From contig CBDCOX010000002.1 of the NCBI GenBank assembly GCA_965219995.1, positions 4,224,001-4,288,000 on the forward strand: a stretch of 64,000 nucleotides of DNA. Direction: 5' to 3'. This document shows positions 30,631 through 40,726 of the stretch, piece after piece. The notes beneath the pieces are model-generated. The model saw nothing but the letters and a program-made list of their open reading frames with translations. It made no database searches and was not told the DNA's origin. The stretch is from Candidatus Latescibacterota bacterium. GTDB taxonomy: Bacteria; Latescibacterota; UBA2968; GCA-2709665. Every line of letters starts with the position of its first letter. Position 1 is the stretch's first letter. The position numbers were made by a program, and so were the translations under genes.

Positions 30631-31147
30631 CCAGCCCGTTAATCAGCACGGAATAGTGTTTCACCTGTTCTGCGACCATTTCCAGTACTCTCAATGCTCT
30701 ACCGGTTTCGTGCGATATGTTTCCGGCCGAACGCGCCGCCTGGTCGGCTCGCAAGACCTGTCCATACGACTGGGCTTCTTTCACCAGTCTCAGTTCAAAA
30801 TCCACCTGTATACGGGCTTTATCAATGGCCTCGGTGGCTATTTGGGCCTCACGGAAGTGCTTTGCCAATTCACTCATATAGCTTGTGAACTGCGCCGAGG
30901 GCTTCGACAGTATGGAGAGCTGATTATAGCGTTCCCGCTCCCGATCCCATATTCGTCGAATTTCCGCCATCCGAGTCGTGGCCAGAGAATGCACCCTGGC
31001 AATTTCCCGTTTCTCCTGTTCGACTTCCTGAACCGCAACTTCCACGCCGCCCCGTTGAGTCGCATTACACCACCAAAGAGTCAGATAAAGGCCAGCGTTC
31101 GCACTGATCAGCAACCCAACAATACCATATTGAATCCGACGGTCCAT
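30608..31147 (-). CDS. Membrane-anchored helical hypothetical protein
   Basis: N-terminal TM followed by a coiled-coil-like region; GGAG RBS. Confidence 0.6.
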   Translation of the reverse strand: MDRRIQYGIVGLLISANAGLYLTLWWCNATQRGGVEVAVQEVEQEKREIARVHSLATTRMAEIRRIWDRERERYNQLSILSKPSAQFTSYMSELAKHFREAQIATEAIDKARIQVDFELRLVKEAQSYGQVLRADQAARSAGNISHETGRALRVLEMVAEQVKHYSVLINGLVGIGEYQ

Positions 31148-31310
31148 TCAATCTCCCGCCTGAATGTCAGGCGCGGCAGGATTACGACAGCAACTCTATT
31201 GCGATTGAATTACGGGAGGGTTGAGCTACCGCCCCTGGTAATCCTTGACGATCAAGTATCAGAATCGCTTAACCGCGCCCGGAACAAAACCGGTGTGATA
31301 AGAGTATGGC

Positions 31311-31823
31311 TCACATCGTAAAGTAGAACTGTACCTGGCCAGTATTCCCAAAGATAATGTCAATGAATGTCAGGTCTCCGGCGTCTAATTCAGTTCCGCC
31401 CCCCTGCCGCATAAAGCTGAGAAACTGGTTCTTGTCCAAACCGATGCTCAACACCCCCTCGTCGATATCGAAATTTGCCTCGAGCACAAATCCCGATGAT
31501 TCCCGCATCGTTAACGAGCTTTCTTGCGCTGTCCACGTGCCCGATCCCCCCACATTGTCCGTAAAGGAACCATCCTGCACGAAAGTCAGCTGCGTTACGC
31601 CAAGGCTCACGCCCTGGTTTTCTGACGTGAAATCCAGAATGACCTGGCTTATCTGGTCCTCACTCAAACCCTGGGCAGCCAGATGCGCCCGCAGGTTCCT
31701 CGCCCCCAATTCCGTAAAGTTCGACCGTTGATAATTCCAGGTGCCTACCAGCGGATGTCCGGAGTACAATCCCTTGTCTCCACACGCCAGAAGCAGTATC
31801 ACCATCGCACAGTATCGTTTCAC
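31311..31823 (-). CDS. Lipoprotein, lipocalin-like beta domain
   Basis: GTG start behind AGGAGG; lipobox LLAC; HPLVGTW...LTFVQDGSF...GTW pattern. Confidence 0.7.
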   Translation of the reverse strand: MKRYCAMVILLLACGDKGLYSGHPLVGTWNYQRSNFTELGARNLRAHLAAQGLSEDQISQVILDFTSENQGVSLGVTQLTFVQDGSFTDNVGGSGTWTAQESSLTMRESSGFVLEANFDIDEGVLSIGLDKNQFLSFMRQGGGTELDAGDLTFIDIIFGNTGQVQFYFTM

Positions 31824-32281
31824 AGCGGGCCTCCTGACCTGGTGATTCCCGCACCACGTTACGCGGGAGTTGAAGGTTGTTTCGATATGGTATGGCGCCG
31901 ACGTTTCGATGGCAGCCAGGACGCTTGGCGTAGTCGTTGCGGTTTTTATCTCCAGTCGATCAGGAGAAGCTTGAGCCGGGAGTTGCAGATTCCAATCAGC
32001 CGGCCTCCACAATGCGGGGCTTCTTGTGGAAAGATAAGCATATCTTGTTGAATTAACGCTGATATTTTGGCCATTTTCGATGATATTTTGTTGAATTCTG
32101 GCTCATTTTGCACCTATGGCGCCGTGGCGGGAGAATGGCGGTTGCGATTCTCAGCATTCCATGGATCACTGTTCCTGCGGACGAAGGAAAGTCGGTCGAG
32201 GTGAATGCGGGACGGAGGATGGAACCTGCGGGAAAACTCAGGCGGAGAAAAAGAGGAGGCGAGAGCGCGTATCGCTTCGCA

Positions 32282-34084
32282 TTACTTGAGGTAGAGCAGT
32301 CGTTGCGTCTGCACCCCGCCGGGATAGCTCAGCCGCGCAATGTAGATTCCAGTTGACAGCGAGGCGCCAGACTGGTCCCTTGCATCCCACCGGACCCGGT
32401 AGGCGCCGGCGGCCTGGGACTCATCCACAAGCCTGCGAACCGGCTGGACCAGCACGTTGTAGATGACCAGTTGTACCCTGCCCGGCTCTGCCAGATGGTA
32501 GACAACGTGGGTGGCGCTGTTGAAAGGATTGGGTGAACCGGGCGACAGCCCGCTGAATGCAGCCTCTGCCTCCGGCGCAGTAAACGGCTCGGCCGCGATC
32601 GCCAGCTTGCCGGCGGCCAGCGGTTCGACCCGCACGACCTTCATTCCGCCGCCCAGCGTCAGCTCCAGAACCTGCCGTTGGTTGCGATTAAGGGGAATGC
32701 TGTGCCATTGGCCTACGGCGTCGCCGGCGGAGCTTCGGGCCCGGGCGCGGTAGTAGCCGCTCACCCCGTCCGCGCTGGAAATGGTAAGGACCAAACTGCC
32801 GCTGGCATTGGTGACGGCGCTCCAGTCGTAGCTGGAAGGGCGGCCGGCGATGGCTCGCGAAAACTCGACGGTCAACCCCTCGACGGCGTCTCCCGTGACC
32901 GTGGCCGCCACTTCCGTACGGGCATGAGTCGCAGCAACGTCGGGGGCCCGGCCATAATAACCCGACCCAACGATGAAGTTGAACGGGACGACGCGTCCTC
33001 CAATGCTGAGTTCACCGGTGAACTGGCGGGCGTAGCCCGCCTTGGGGATATCGGCGCTGTCGGAGTCGTCATCGGGATCGTCGTAGTAGTACTCCACGAA
33101 ACCGCCCTCCGGGTCATTCTTCGCTGCTGCGAGGACCTGCGGCAGAATGAGCTCTCCGGTGACGCCGTCCCGTGCAATTCCCACCAGAGGCCGCAGCTCG
33201 AATCTGTTCGGAAACGCGCCGTGGAACAGGACGAAGTTGCTGGTAAGATCCAGGACGTATAGGTACACGGAACCGTGCCTCCAGGGTCCGTTCGGATCCC
33301 GCATGGCGATCCTGGCTTTCGAGGAGTCGTTTAGATCGCCGCTCGTCTGGCGTTCGAGAAAGAACTCCCCCGCCTGCGTGACGAAGGCCTTCAAGGTTTC
33401 CCGGTCCACCACGTCCCTGGCGGTAACGGTCGGATTGCCGTAATCGATCTCTTCTTCGGCCAGGTGAGATTCATCGAGATCGAATCCCGCCAGCAACACG
33501 ATCGGGATCGGGAAATTGGCCGAGATATAAACGGTGGCATACCCGGAGGCGCCCGGCATATCGGGGATATTGAACGGGCCGCCTTCCCCTGCTGCGGCTG
33601 CGGCGAAGGCGGCCAGGGCCGCGCCAGGGTCGGCCAGGAGGTCGGCCGGATTGATTCCCAATGCTTGAAGGATCGCTCCATAAATCACGGGATTGAGCAG
33701 CCTGCCTGACAATGCCATGGCCTTTGCGTGAAAGAATATCCGATCGGGCGTCAGTTGCACGAGGTACGTGGAACCGGAACGCCAGGGACTCCCCTCGTGC
33801 CGGAGGAGACATCCAATGTAAAACGCTTCCTCTGCAGTCGCTACTCCCTGGCTGAATTGATCTCTCGCGGCCTGCGCAAAGTCCTTCAGTGTAGCGCTGC
33901 CGTCTTCCACCTGTTGCGCCGTCGCACGCGGGTCCGGAGGAGGCGTCACCCCGGGAGGGAGTGGACAGGCTTCCTGCGTCTGCGCCAGGGCGGGGCGCGT
34001 ATTGAAAGAGAGTCCGGCCAGTACGAGCATGCCGAACACAGGAATCGCGTATGACGAAGTGAGCAATGTTCGAACCTTTTTCAT
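32282..34084 (-). CDS. Exported Cache-like domain protein with C-terminal FlgD/T9SS-type sorting domain
   Basis: Signal peptide ending ALA-Q; two ATLKDF/ETLKAFV...W..GS.YL...FH units; GGFVEYYYDDP...K.GY; C-terminal SPNPFN...WDARD...TGIYIARL. Confidence 0.75.
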   Translation of the reverse strand: MKKVRTLLTSSYAIPVFGMLVLAGLSFNTRPALAQTQEACPLPPGVTPPPDPRATAQQVEDGSATLKDFAQAARDQFSQGVATAEEAFYIGCLLRHEGSPWRSGSTYLVQLTPDRIFFHAKAMALSGRLLNPVIYGAILQALGINPADLLADPGAALAAFAAAAAGEGGPFNIPDMPGASGYATVYISANFPIPIVLLAGFDLDESHLAEEEIDYGNPTVTARDVVDRETLKAFVTQAGEFFLERQTSGDLNDSSKARIAMRDPNGPWRHGSVYLYVLDLTSNFVLFHGAFPNRFELRPLVGIARDGVTGELILPQVLAAAKNDPEGGFVEYYYDDPDDDSDSADIPKAGYARQFTGELSIGGRVVPFNFIVGSGYYGRAPDVAATHARTEVAATVTGDAVEGLTVEFSRAIAGRPSSYDWSAVTNASGSLVLTISSADGVSGYYRARARSSAGDAVGQWHSIPLNRNQRQVLELTLGGGMKVVRVEPLAAGKLAIAAEPFTAPEAEAAFSGLSPGSPNPFNSATHVVYHLAEPGRVQLVIYNVLVQPVRRLVDESQAAGAYRVRWDARDQSGASLSTGIYIARLSYPGGVQTQRLLYLK

Positions 34085-34462
34085 GGATATTCTCCTTTTC
34101 GAAAAGTCTTGCTGTGTGATGGAAAATCGAACTTCACTGAACTGTTGCAGTCACCGGCGACAATCCTGCGCGGAGATACTTGCGGATCATCGCCTGGAAA
34201 GCGCTACATGAATCGGTAGATCGAATCTGCCTTCACCCGCTTGCTCTCGGCAAGTTGAACAAAACGGAAATATAAGGACAGATCGTTGAACTAATGTTGA
34301 ATTTTTGTTCGTTTTCGACAACTTTTCGCTGAAAATTGATGCATTTTGCAGTGGTAAGGGTGAGATCGGGCTCTACCGTTGGTGTGCACAGTCGTCAGCT
34401 GGATTGGCGGTCGGCCGGTCAACCGGAGGTTGTTCGGAGGGAAGGGGGAGGGAAGAATGCAA

Positions 34463-34570
34463 TTCCTGAGTATGATGGATATCGCAAACCCGTGACCGAA
34501 ACATCTCGCCGGGGCTATTGCAAGGCATCTCATTCTGAGCGCAACAAAGAATCTCCCGTCTAACGCATCT
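34463..34570 (+). repeat. Partial copy of the composite palindromic repeat
   Basis: cgcaaacccgtgaccgaaacatctcgc...tcattctgagcgcaacaaagaatctcccgt matches the right half of the copies at 41.3, 52.1 and 62.0 kb. Confidence 0.7.
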
Positions 34571-36719
34571 AGCTATTTCCAAACGCGCCTGCAAAGATCA
34601 GAAAATCGCTGAACCCGATGGCGCCGTTGCCATCCAGGTCGTACCGCGCGTCGTACCCCTCGTCGGCCTCCTTCAACCCAAATGTTCCCGCGAACTGTAC
34701 GAAATCCCCGAATCCCACGGTCCCGTCGCCGTCGAAATCGGGATCGGGGGTTGAGGGACGCGTCCCCGTCCACTTCGATACGTCCCACAGCCGGACCTGA
34801 CCGTCGTCGGACCCGGAGGCCAGCATGCTCCCGTCGGGTGAAAACGACACCGAATTGACGGCGCTCGCGTGACCGAGAGTGACCACGTGTTTTCCGGTAA
34901 GGGCGTCCCACAACCGGACCGTCAAATCCCACGACGCCGAGGCCAGCGTGGATCCATCGGGCGAGAACGCCACCGACTTGACGGTGGTACGATGTCCTTT
35001 CAAGTCAGCGATCTCCCTGCGCGTGGTCGCGTCCCAGAGCTTGAGCATATCCAGGCGCGGACTGAATGCTGACCCGGACGCAAGGGTGGCGCCATCGGGA
35101 GAAAACGACACCGAGTAAACCTCGTACAGATGTCCTTCCAGGCTACCTACCTGGGTCTGTGCGGCGACGTCCCACAGCCGGATCGTTCGATCCCACGACG
35201 CGGAGGCCAGGGCGCGGCCGTTCGGCGAAAACGCCAGTGCGTCGACCTGATCCGAATGCCCTTCCAGCATAGCGACCTGGGTGTCTTTGGCCAGATCCCA
35301 CAGCCGGATCGTTCGATCCCGCCACGCGACGGCCACCGTGCCGCCGTCCGGCGAAAACGCCGCAGAGCGGCCCATTATGAATTCGGAAACCTCAGTGCGG
35401 GTTGTCACGTTCCACAGTCTAACCCCGCGGTCCCACGACGAGGTGGCCAGCGTGCCGCCGTCGGGCGAAAACGCCAGGGATCTGAACCCGCCATCCTCTC
35501 GCCCTCCCAGCGTGCCAACGTGTCCTCGGGTCGCGACGTTCCAAAGCATTACTCTGCTGTCTTCAATACCTCCTGCGGAAGCCACATGGGTACCGTCGGG
35601 GGAGAACGACACCGACGTCACCCCGTGGGTATGCCCTTCCCAGGCGGCAATCAGGTACGGCGAGGCTTCCTCGTACACGAAGTATGTACCGTTCGCGTCT
35701 CCCCTGGTGTCAACGACACTGACGCCGATGCCATGAGCGGGTCCATCAGGCAGACTCCTGAAGCCATCGAACGAGCTATAAGCGCCTTCAAACTCGAACG
35801 AAACGACGGCATATTTCTTCCCTCCGATCGATCGACACGCCACGATACCGCTTAAGCTGTTTAGTATGACTTGATGAAGACCGTCAGGGTCGCTGAGTTC
35901 GACCTGGACGGTGACGCTCGTCGAGCCTGCCGGGTACCGGGTTGGCGACAACAGTCGGATGCCGGGCGCCGATACCTCTTCCAATGGAATATCGGGATTG
36001 AAGTACGGATGCACGGCAAGGAGTTCCGCGGAGCACGCAGACAGCGCGCTTCCAATGGAACCATAGGACATGATATGCTTTTTGTCCCTGAAGTCGTGCC
36101 ACAAGCTGAAGGCATGGCCCAGTTCATGCGCGACGGTTGAGTACTCGAATCCTCCAGGTACCAGCACCCAGCCCCCACGCTTGCCCAGATCGCCCCCCAA
36201 TCCCATTGCCCGGCCGGCGGCATTGCTGCTATTGTCGGTGATTATCAGATACACGTTCGCGGAGAGATCGAATTCACGTTCAACATCGAAGATCTCTTCG
36301 GTATTCGACAAATAGTGCGCATCGGGATGATCCGCGTCCACGCGATGCACGAGGGGTTCGCCTCGCGCGTCTGTCTCGACGCGAAAGGTCCGATTGCCGT
36401 AGCCATGCGCCAGCATCTGCTCCCCGAAGAACGTCTGAATCCGCTTGATCACCGTCTTCATCGAATCGACGACTTCCTGCCGAAAGGGGCGATCGTTGGG
36501 CAGGAAGTAAATCATCCGCACGGTTCGCGGTTCGCCCACGTTGAGGTCCGCCGCCCGTTTGCCGGCCGGGAGGGGGTGCTCCCGCCGCCACTGCTCATGA
36601 CCGACCCCGCAGAATAGCACGTGGTCGGACGCAGACGTGGACGCGGAAACTCCTGTCACCGGTGTGAGCAGGAGAAACAGCACAATTGGTAAAACAGAAC
36701 CGCAAAGGTTGGCTATCAT
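34569..36719 (-). CDS. Exported zinc metallopeptidase + WD40 propeller + C-terminal dockerin/EF-hand module
   Basis: Signal peptide; HELGHAFSLWH and IMSYG Met-turn (metzincin); about 7 WD40 repeats; DFDGDGTVGFGDF...DLDGNGAIGFSDF. Confidence 0.85.
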   Translation of the reverse strand: MIANLCGSVLPIVLFLLLTPVTGVSASTSASDHVLFCGVGHEQWRREHPLPAGKRAADLNVGEPRTVRMIYFLPNDRPFRQEVVDSMKTVIKRIQTFFGEQMLAHGYGNRTFRVETDARGEPLVHRVDADHPDAHYLSNTEEIFDVEREFDLSANVYLIITDNSSNAAGRAMGLGGDLGKRGGWVLVPGGFEYSTVAHELGHAFSLWHDFRDKKHIMSYGSIGSALSACSAELLAVHPYFNPDIPLEEVSAPGIRLLSPTRYPAGSTSVTVQVELSDPDGLHQVILNSLSGIVACRSIGGKKYAVVSFEFEGAYSSFDGFRSLPDGPAHGIGVSVVDTRGDANGTYFVYEEASPYLIAAWEGHTHGVTSVSFSPDGTHVASAGGIEDSRVMLWNVATRGHVGTLGGREDGGFRSLAFSPDGGTLATSSWDRGVRLWNVTTRTEVSEFIMGRSAAFSPDGGTVAVAWRDRTIRLWDLAKDTQVAMLEGHSDQVDALAFSPNGRALASASWDRTIRLWDVAAQTQVGSLEGHLYEVYSVSFSPDGATLASGSAFSPRLDMLKLWDATTRREIADLKGHRTTVKSVAFSPDGSTLASASWDLTVRLWDALTGKHVVTLGHASAVNSVSFSPDGSMLASGSDDGQVRLWDVSKWTGTRPSTPDPDFDGDGTVGFGDFVQFAGTFGLKEADEGYDARYDLDGNGAIGFSDFLIFAGAFGNS

Positions 36720-36820
36720 TGGAATGTGCTCCCTTCGGAAGGGGTTCAGGCGCCCGGGACTCCCGCGACGGAGATGACCGTCCAACATACCTCCCCGAGC
36801 GAAGTCGAAAGGCCCCTATT

Positions 36821-37193
36821 GAGACGTGGTCATTGCCTGCGTTGAGCCTGTCGAAACGGCTTGTCGAAATGCCCGTATATCGGGATCCCATCAACACACG
36901 CGCTTGCAAAGAATGACCGTATGAGCGCAAACGTGCCGCCAGTTCGGATCGGGACACGTGCAAATCATGTACGTGTGAATCGATGCTGCAGTAGATCCTT
37001 CGTCAGCCTGCCTGCCGATGATTCTCTGGCAGGCAGGGCGGCTTCCTCAGGATGACATGTTGGGCGAATGAATGACGGACATATTTTCGCCAATGGCTAT
37101 TGCAATGCATGTCATTCTGAGCGGAGCGAAGAATCTCCCGGCTACTCGAACGTCCTGGTCGAAAACGCGCGGAAAACGCATCTGCGCGGAGAT
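36821..37193 (+). repeat. Composite palindromic repeat, copy C
   Basis: Shares agatccttcgtcagcctgcctgcc...tggcaggcagg...ctcaggatgaca and tgtcattctgagcggagcgaagaatctc with the other copies; lacks the central GTGG-REP. Confidence 0.8.
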
Positions 37194-37595
37194 CCATAAT
37201 CAACCTGCCACGGCGAATCACGCGACGTTGGATGCCCTCTTCATCCGCCATACCGAGATTCACGCGTACAGGTTTGAGCGCATCAAGAGCGACACGGCCG
37301 CCCGGTATGGTCGATCAATGATTCGGGTTCCCAACAACGGCTTGCGGAATCGTCGAGCAATTCAAAAAAAACTGTTGTGCGAAGGCAGTCACTGTGGTTA
37401 TGATACTTTCCCGCAAAAGACGCGTGAAAAATGGCCGGTAGAAGCGGCATTCTTCGTGAGGACCCATCTGTCTCATTTTGGCAGATTTGCGCGGCGCAAA
37501 CGCGTTCAGGCGTATTGGATGATCCGGAACCATCGCGGAACCCCGCTTCGCGAAAAGAGCCGCACCACGAACCGTCGGACGAACAAGGGGCAACG

Positions 37596-39143
37596 ATGAC
37601 CCGACGCAGATTGCCCATCGGGATTCAGACCTTCCGGGAAATCCGCGAGCAGAATTGCTACTACGTTGACAAGACCGCGTACATCCGGCGGCTGCTCGAC
37701 GAGGGCAAACACTATTTCCTGTCCCGTCCGCGCCGGTTTGGCAAGAGCCTGTTCCTGGACACGTTGAAGGAACTGTTCGAAGGCAACGAGCCGCTTTTCG
37801 ACGGACTGTACATCCACGACCGCTGGGATTGGAGAACGCCCTATCCGGTTCTGCGCCTCAGCTTTGGCAGCGGCATCTTCAATGAGCCGGATGCCCTGCA
37901 CAAAGAGGTTATGGCGCAACTGGACGCCTTTGAAGCAGAAGCGGGCGTCAAGAGCCACTACGACTCGGCGTCGGCGCGATTTCGCGATATCATCCGGACG
38001 TTGCATCGCCACGCGGGACGTCGCGTAGCCGTACTTGTTGACGAATACGACAAGCCGATATTGGACGCGCTGGAAATTCCGGAGATTGCCCGCGGCAACC
38101 GTGACTTTTTGCGCGGCCTCTATGCCACCATCAAAGACTGCGACGCGCACGTCCGCTTCACGTTTCTCACCGGCGTCAGCAAGTTCTCCAAAGTCCGCCT
38201 GTTCTCCGGCCTCAACAACCTCACGGACGTCACCATTGACCCGCGCTATTCCTCGGTCTGCGGATACACGGAAGCGGACCTGGACACGGTATTCGCGCCG
38301 GAACTGCCGGGCCTGGACAGAGACCGTGTCCGCGAGTGGTACAACGGCTACAGCTGGCTGGGCGATGAGAAGGTGTATAACCCGTTCGACATTCTGCTGC
38401 TTTTCGACAAACGCGCTTTTGGCACGTACTGGTTCGAGACCGGCACGCCCACGTTTCTCATTGAAACCCTGTTCAAGCGCCGCGTCAGTTCTCTCGACCT
38501 CGATACCCTGATCGGCGGCGACAATTTATTGTCCACCTTCGACGTTGACCACGTGGCTACCGAAGCGCTCCTGTTCCAGACAGGCTACCTCACCATCACC
38601 GGCCAGGAAGACCTTGGCGGTACGTCTCTGTACCGGCTGGGTTATCCCAATCGGGAAGTGCGCCAGAGCCTTAACGAGAGCCTGCTGCGCCACCTGGTCA
38701 AAGACTCGACGCGGCAGACGGCGAACGCCGTGCGCCTGTTTCGCCTGCTGGAAGCCAACGACTTTGCCGGTCTGGAGACCCTGTTCCACGCCTTCTATGC
38801 CAGCATCCCGTACGAATGGTACACCAACAACGACATTGCCGAATTCGAGGGTTTTTACGCCAGCGTATTCTACTCCTATTTCGCGGGGTTGGGGCTTGAC
38901 GTCACCGTTGAAGACAGCAGCAGCCACGGCCGGCTGGACATGGCCGTTCACTTCAACGACAACGTCTACCTGTTCGAGTTCAAGGTGGTGGAGATGGCGT
39001 CTGAGGGCGCTGCAATGGCGCAGTTGCAGGAAAAGCGTTACGCGGACAAATACCGCGGGCAGGACCGGCCCATCCACCTGATCGGCGTGGAATTCAGTAA
39101 GAAAACGCGGAACATTACGGGATTTGAGGTCGCGCACGCCTGA
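37596..39143 (+). CDS. AAA-ATPase-like + PD-(D/E)XK nuclease (DUF1703-type) protein
   Basis: LPIGIQTF, YYVDKT, SRPRRFGKS Walker A, LVDEYDKP Walker B, GRLDMAV...LFEFK nuclease motif. Confidence 0.92.
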   Translation: MTRRRLPIGIQTFREIREQNCYYVDKTAYIRRLLDEGKHYFLSRPRRFGKSLFLDTLKELFEGNEPLFDGLYIHDRWDWRTPYPVLRLSFGSGIFNEPDALHKEVMAQLDAFEAEAGVKSHYDSASARFRDIIRTLHRHAGRRVAVLVDEYDKPILDALEIPEIARGNRDFLRGLYATIKDCDAHVRFTFLTGVSKFSKVRLFSGLNNLTDVTIDPRYSSVCGYTEADLDTVFAPELPGLDRDRVREWYNGYSWLGDEKVYNPFDILLLFDKRAFGTYWFETGTPTFLIETLFKRRVSSLDLDTLIGGDNLLSTFDVDHVATEALLFQTGYLTITGQEDLGGTSLYRLGYPNREVRQSLNESLLRHLVKDSTRQTANAVRLFRLLEANDFAGLETLFHAFYASIPYEWYTNNDIAEFEGFYASVFYSYFAGLGLDVTVEDSSSHGRLDMAVHFNDNVYLFEFKVVEMASEGAAMAQLQEKRYADKYRGQDRPIHLIGVEFSKKTRNITGFEVAHA

Positions 39144-39209
39144 ACCGCGGCTCGCCGAGCGAATAGGCGTGAGCCCGGGCGATGATGGACTATCGGTATC
39201 CGGTTCACA

Positions 39210-39479
39210 ATCCTGTCGCTGCCTGCTGTCGCACCTGAAGATGAAATTGGAAAAATCGTAGACGTATATATCGAACGTCATGTAATGCCCCGTGATCCCC
39301 TTGGAGATGCATTGCATTTGGCCTTGGCATCATTCTATAAATTCGATTATCTTCTGACATGGAACTGTGAACACCTTGCCAATGCCAATAAGGTGGGACA
39401 TATTCGCAGGATCAATACTCTGTTGGGGCTTTATGTGCGAATGTTAATAACACCTTTGGAACTCATGGGAGATGAATAG
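39210..39479 (+). pseudogene. 5'-truncated PIN-domain (VapC-like) toxin
   Basis: DALHLALAS...DYLLTWNCEHLANA...ITPLEL is the C-terminal half of a PIN domain; an in-frame stop lies upstream and the N-terminal motif is absent. Confidence 0.7.
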
Positions 39480-39481
39480 TC

Positions 39482-39673
39482 ATGGATACATATCGAGAAT
39501 TGATCGAAAGCATCCGGGAAAGCCGGAAGCTCATGTCTGAAGCGTGTGGTCACAATTCGAGTAAATACATAGCCTATTTAAAATCGTTCAATACGCAGTA
39601 TTCGGATCAAGTGAAATTATCCCAGGAATGGCAAGGCTCAAAGTTTGCACGGCAGATAGAGTCCCTGGAGTAA
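39482..39673 (+). CDS. Small hypothetical protein, likely partner of the PIN toxin
   Basis: ELIESIRESRKLMSEACGHN..KYIAYL; starts 2 nt after the PIN stop; lower GC. Confidence 0.55.
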   Translation: MDTYRELIESIRESRKLMSEACGHNSSKYIAYLKSFNTQYSDQVKLSQEWQGSKFARQIESLE

Positions 39674-39888
39674 ACGTCCATCTCCTGAAGTTGGCATCTG
39701 GCGTTACCTGATTGACACGTAAGCGTCCAACGGATCGAGATAGCCGGGATTCACGTTTTCGTATCGTAATTCAATCGTGCCATTGCAAAGTGGCCCGTTC
39801 CACGTCGTCCGCGGGCTGCCTGGCTATTGGCGATACGAATGACCGGACGCCTTCAAATACGCCCGACTCCTGCGAATACCCGTCCTGC

Positions 39889-40470
39889 CTATATCAACAA
39901 CCCCACCCTCCTCTCTGCCGAAAACCCTTCCGCCTGGATCCGATACAGTTGGACTCCGTTGGCCACGCGCCGACCCATCCCAGGTTACCGTGAAAGCGCC
40001 CGCTTCCTGTCGTTCGTTTACGAGGACGCGTACCTCCTGGCCCAGTAGATTGTATACCGCCAGACGCACGCGCCCCGCCTCTGCAAGTTGATACCGGATC
40101 ACCGTGGATGGGTTGAACGGGTTGGGCGCATTCCGTCCCAGACCGGCGCGTTCGCGCCCAACTCTGCGCGAACCGTCTTCAGACTATAGTAAACGCCTCC
40201 CTTTCCACAGCCCCAAACGGTTTCATACCCGCGAAGATATCGAAATTTCCCCCACTGACTATGTCAGGCCCGACACCGACCTGAATTACCTCTCGACCGT
40301 CACCGAATTCCGGAATGCCCCGGCTGAAGAGGACCTCCAACTCCGGTTCACCGACGAGCGCGCGCTTGGCGACCGCCTGCGCCGCTTCCTCCGGCAAGAG
40401 CTAAAAAGCCGGCGAGGTTAATCACTCCGTCGCTGTCGAAATCACCGGGACATTGTGCAGAGGGCGCGGA
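39889..40470 (-). pseudogene. Mosaic relic: half dockerin + linker fragment + frameshifted FlgD/CTD
   Basis: Minus strand gives CPGDFDSDGVINLAGFLALAG (about 40390-40452), AVAKRALVGEPELEVLFSR, then NAPNPFNPSTVIRYQL...TWDG and, in another frame, GRRVANGVQLYRIQAEGFSAERRVGLLI*. Confidence 0.75.
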
Positions 40471-40726
40471 TACTGTACCGTGTTGTCAACGGCTAACGTC
40501 GTTCCGGGCAACATGATTGCCAGGCACATGATTGCAAAAAAGCGATGTTGAATTGCCATCTACTTGGTATTGCAATTCGGACGTTCCTCAGACTCATCTC
40601 GAAAGTCTCGGTCTCGTGTTCTTGGCGACGCGACGCAGTCAGCCATAGACGACAAGCACTGATGTAGTGAACAGCGGCACAGCAACTCAAACCTTGCTCA
40701 ACGGGCTTTTGCGCGGTTGGTCCAGT

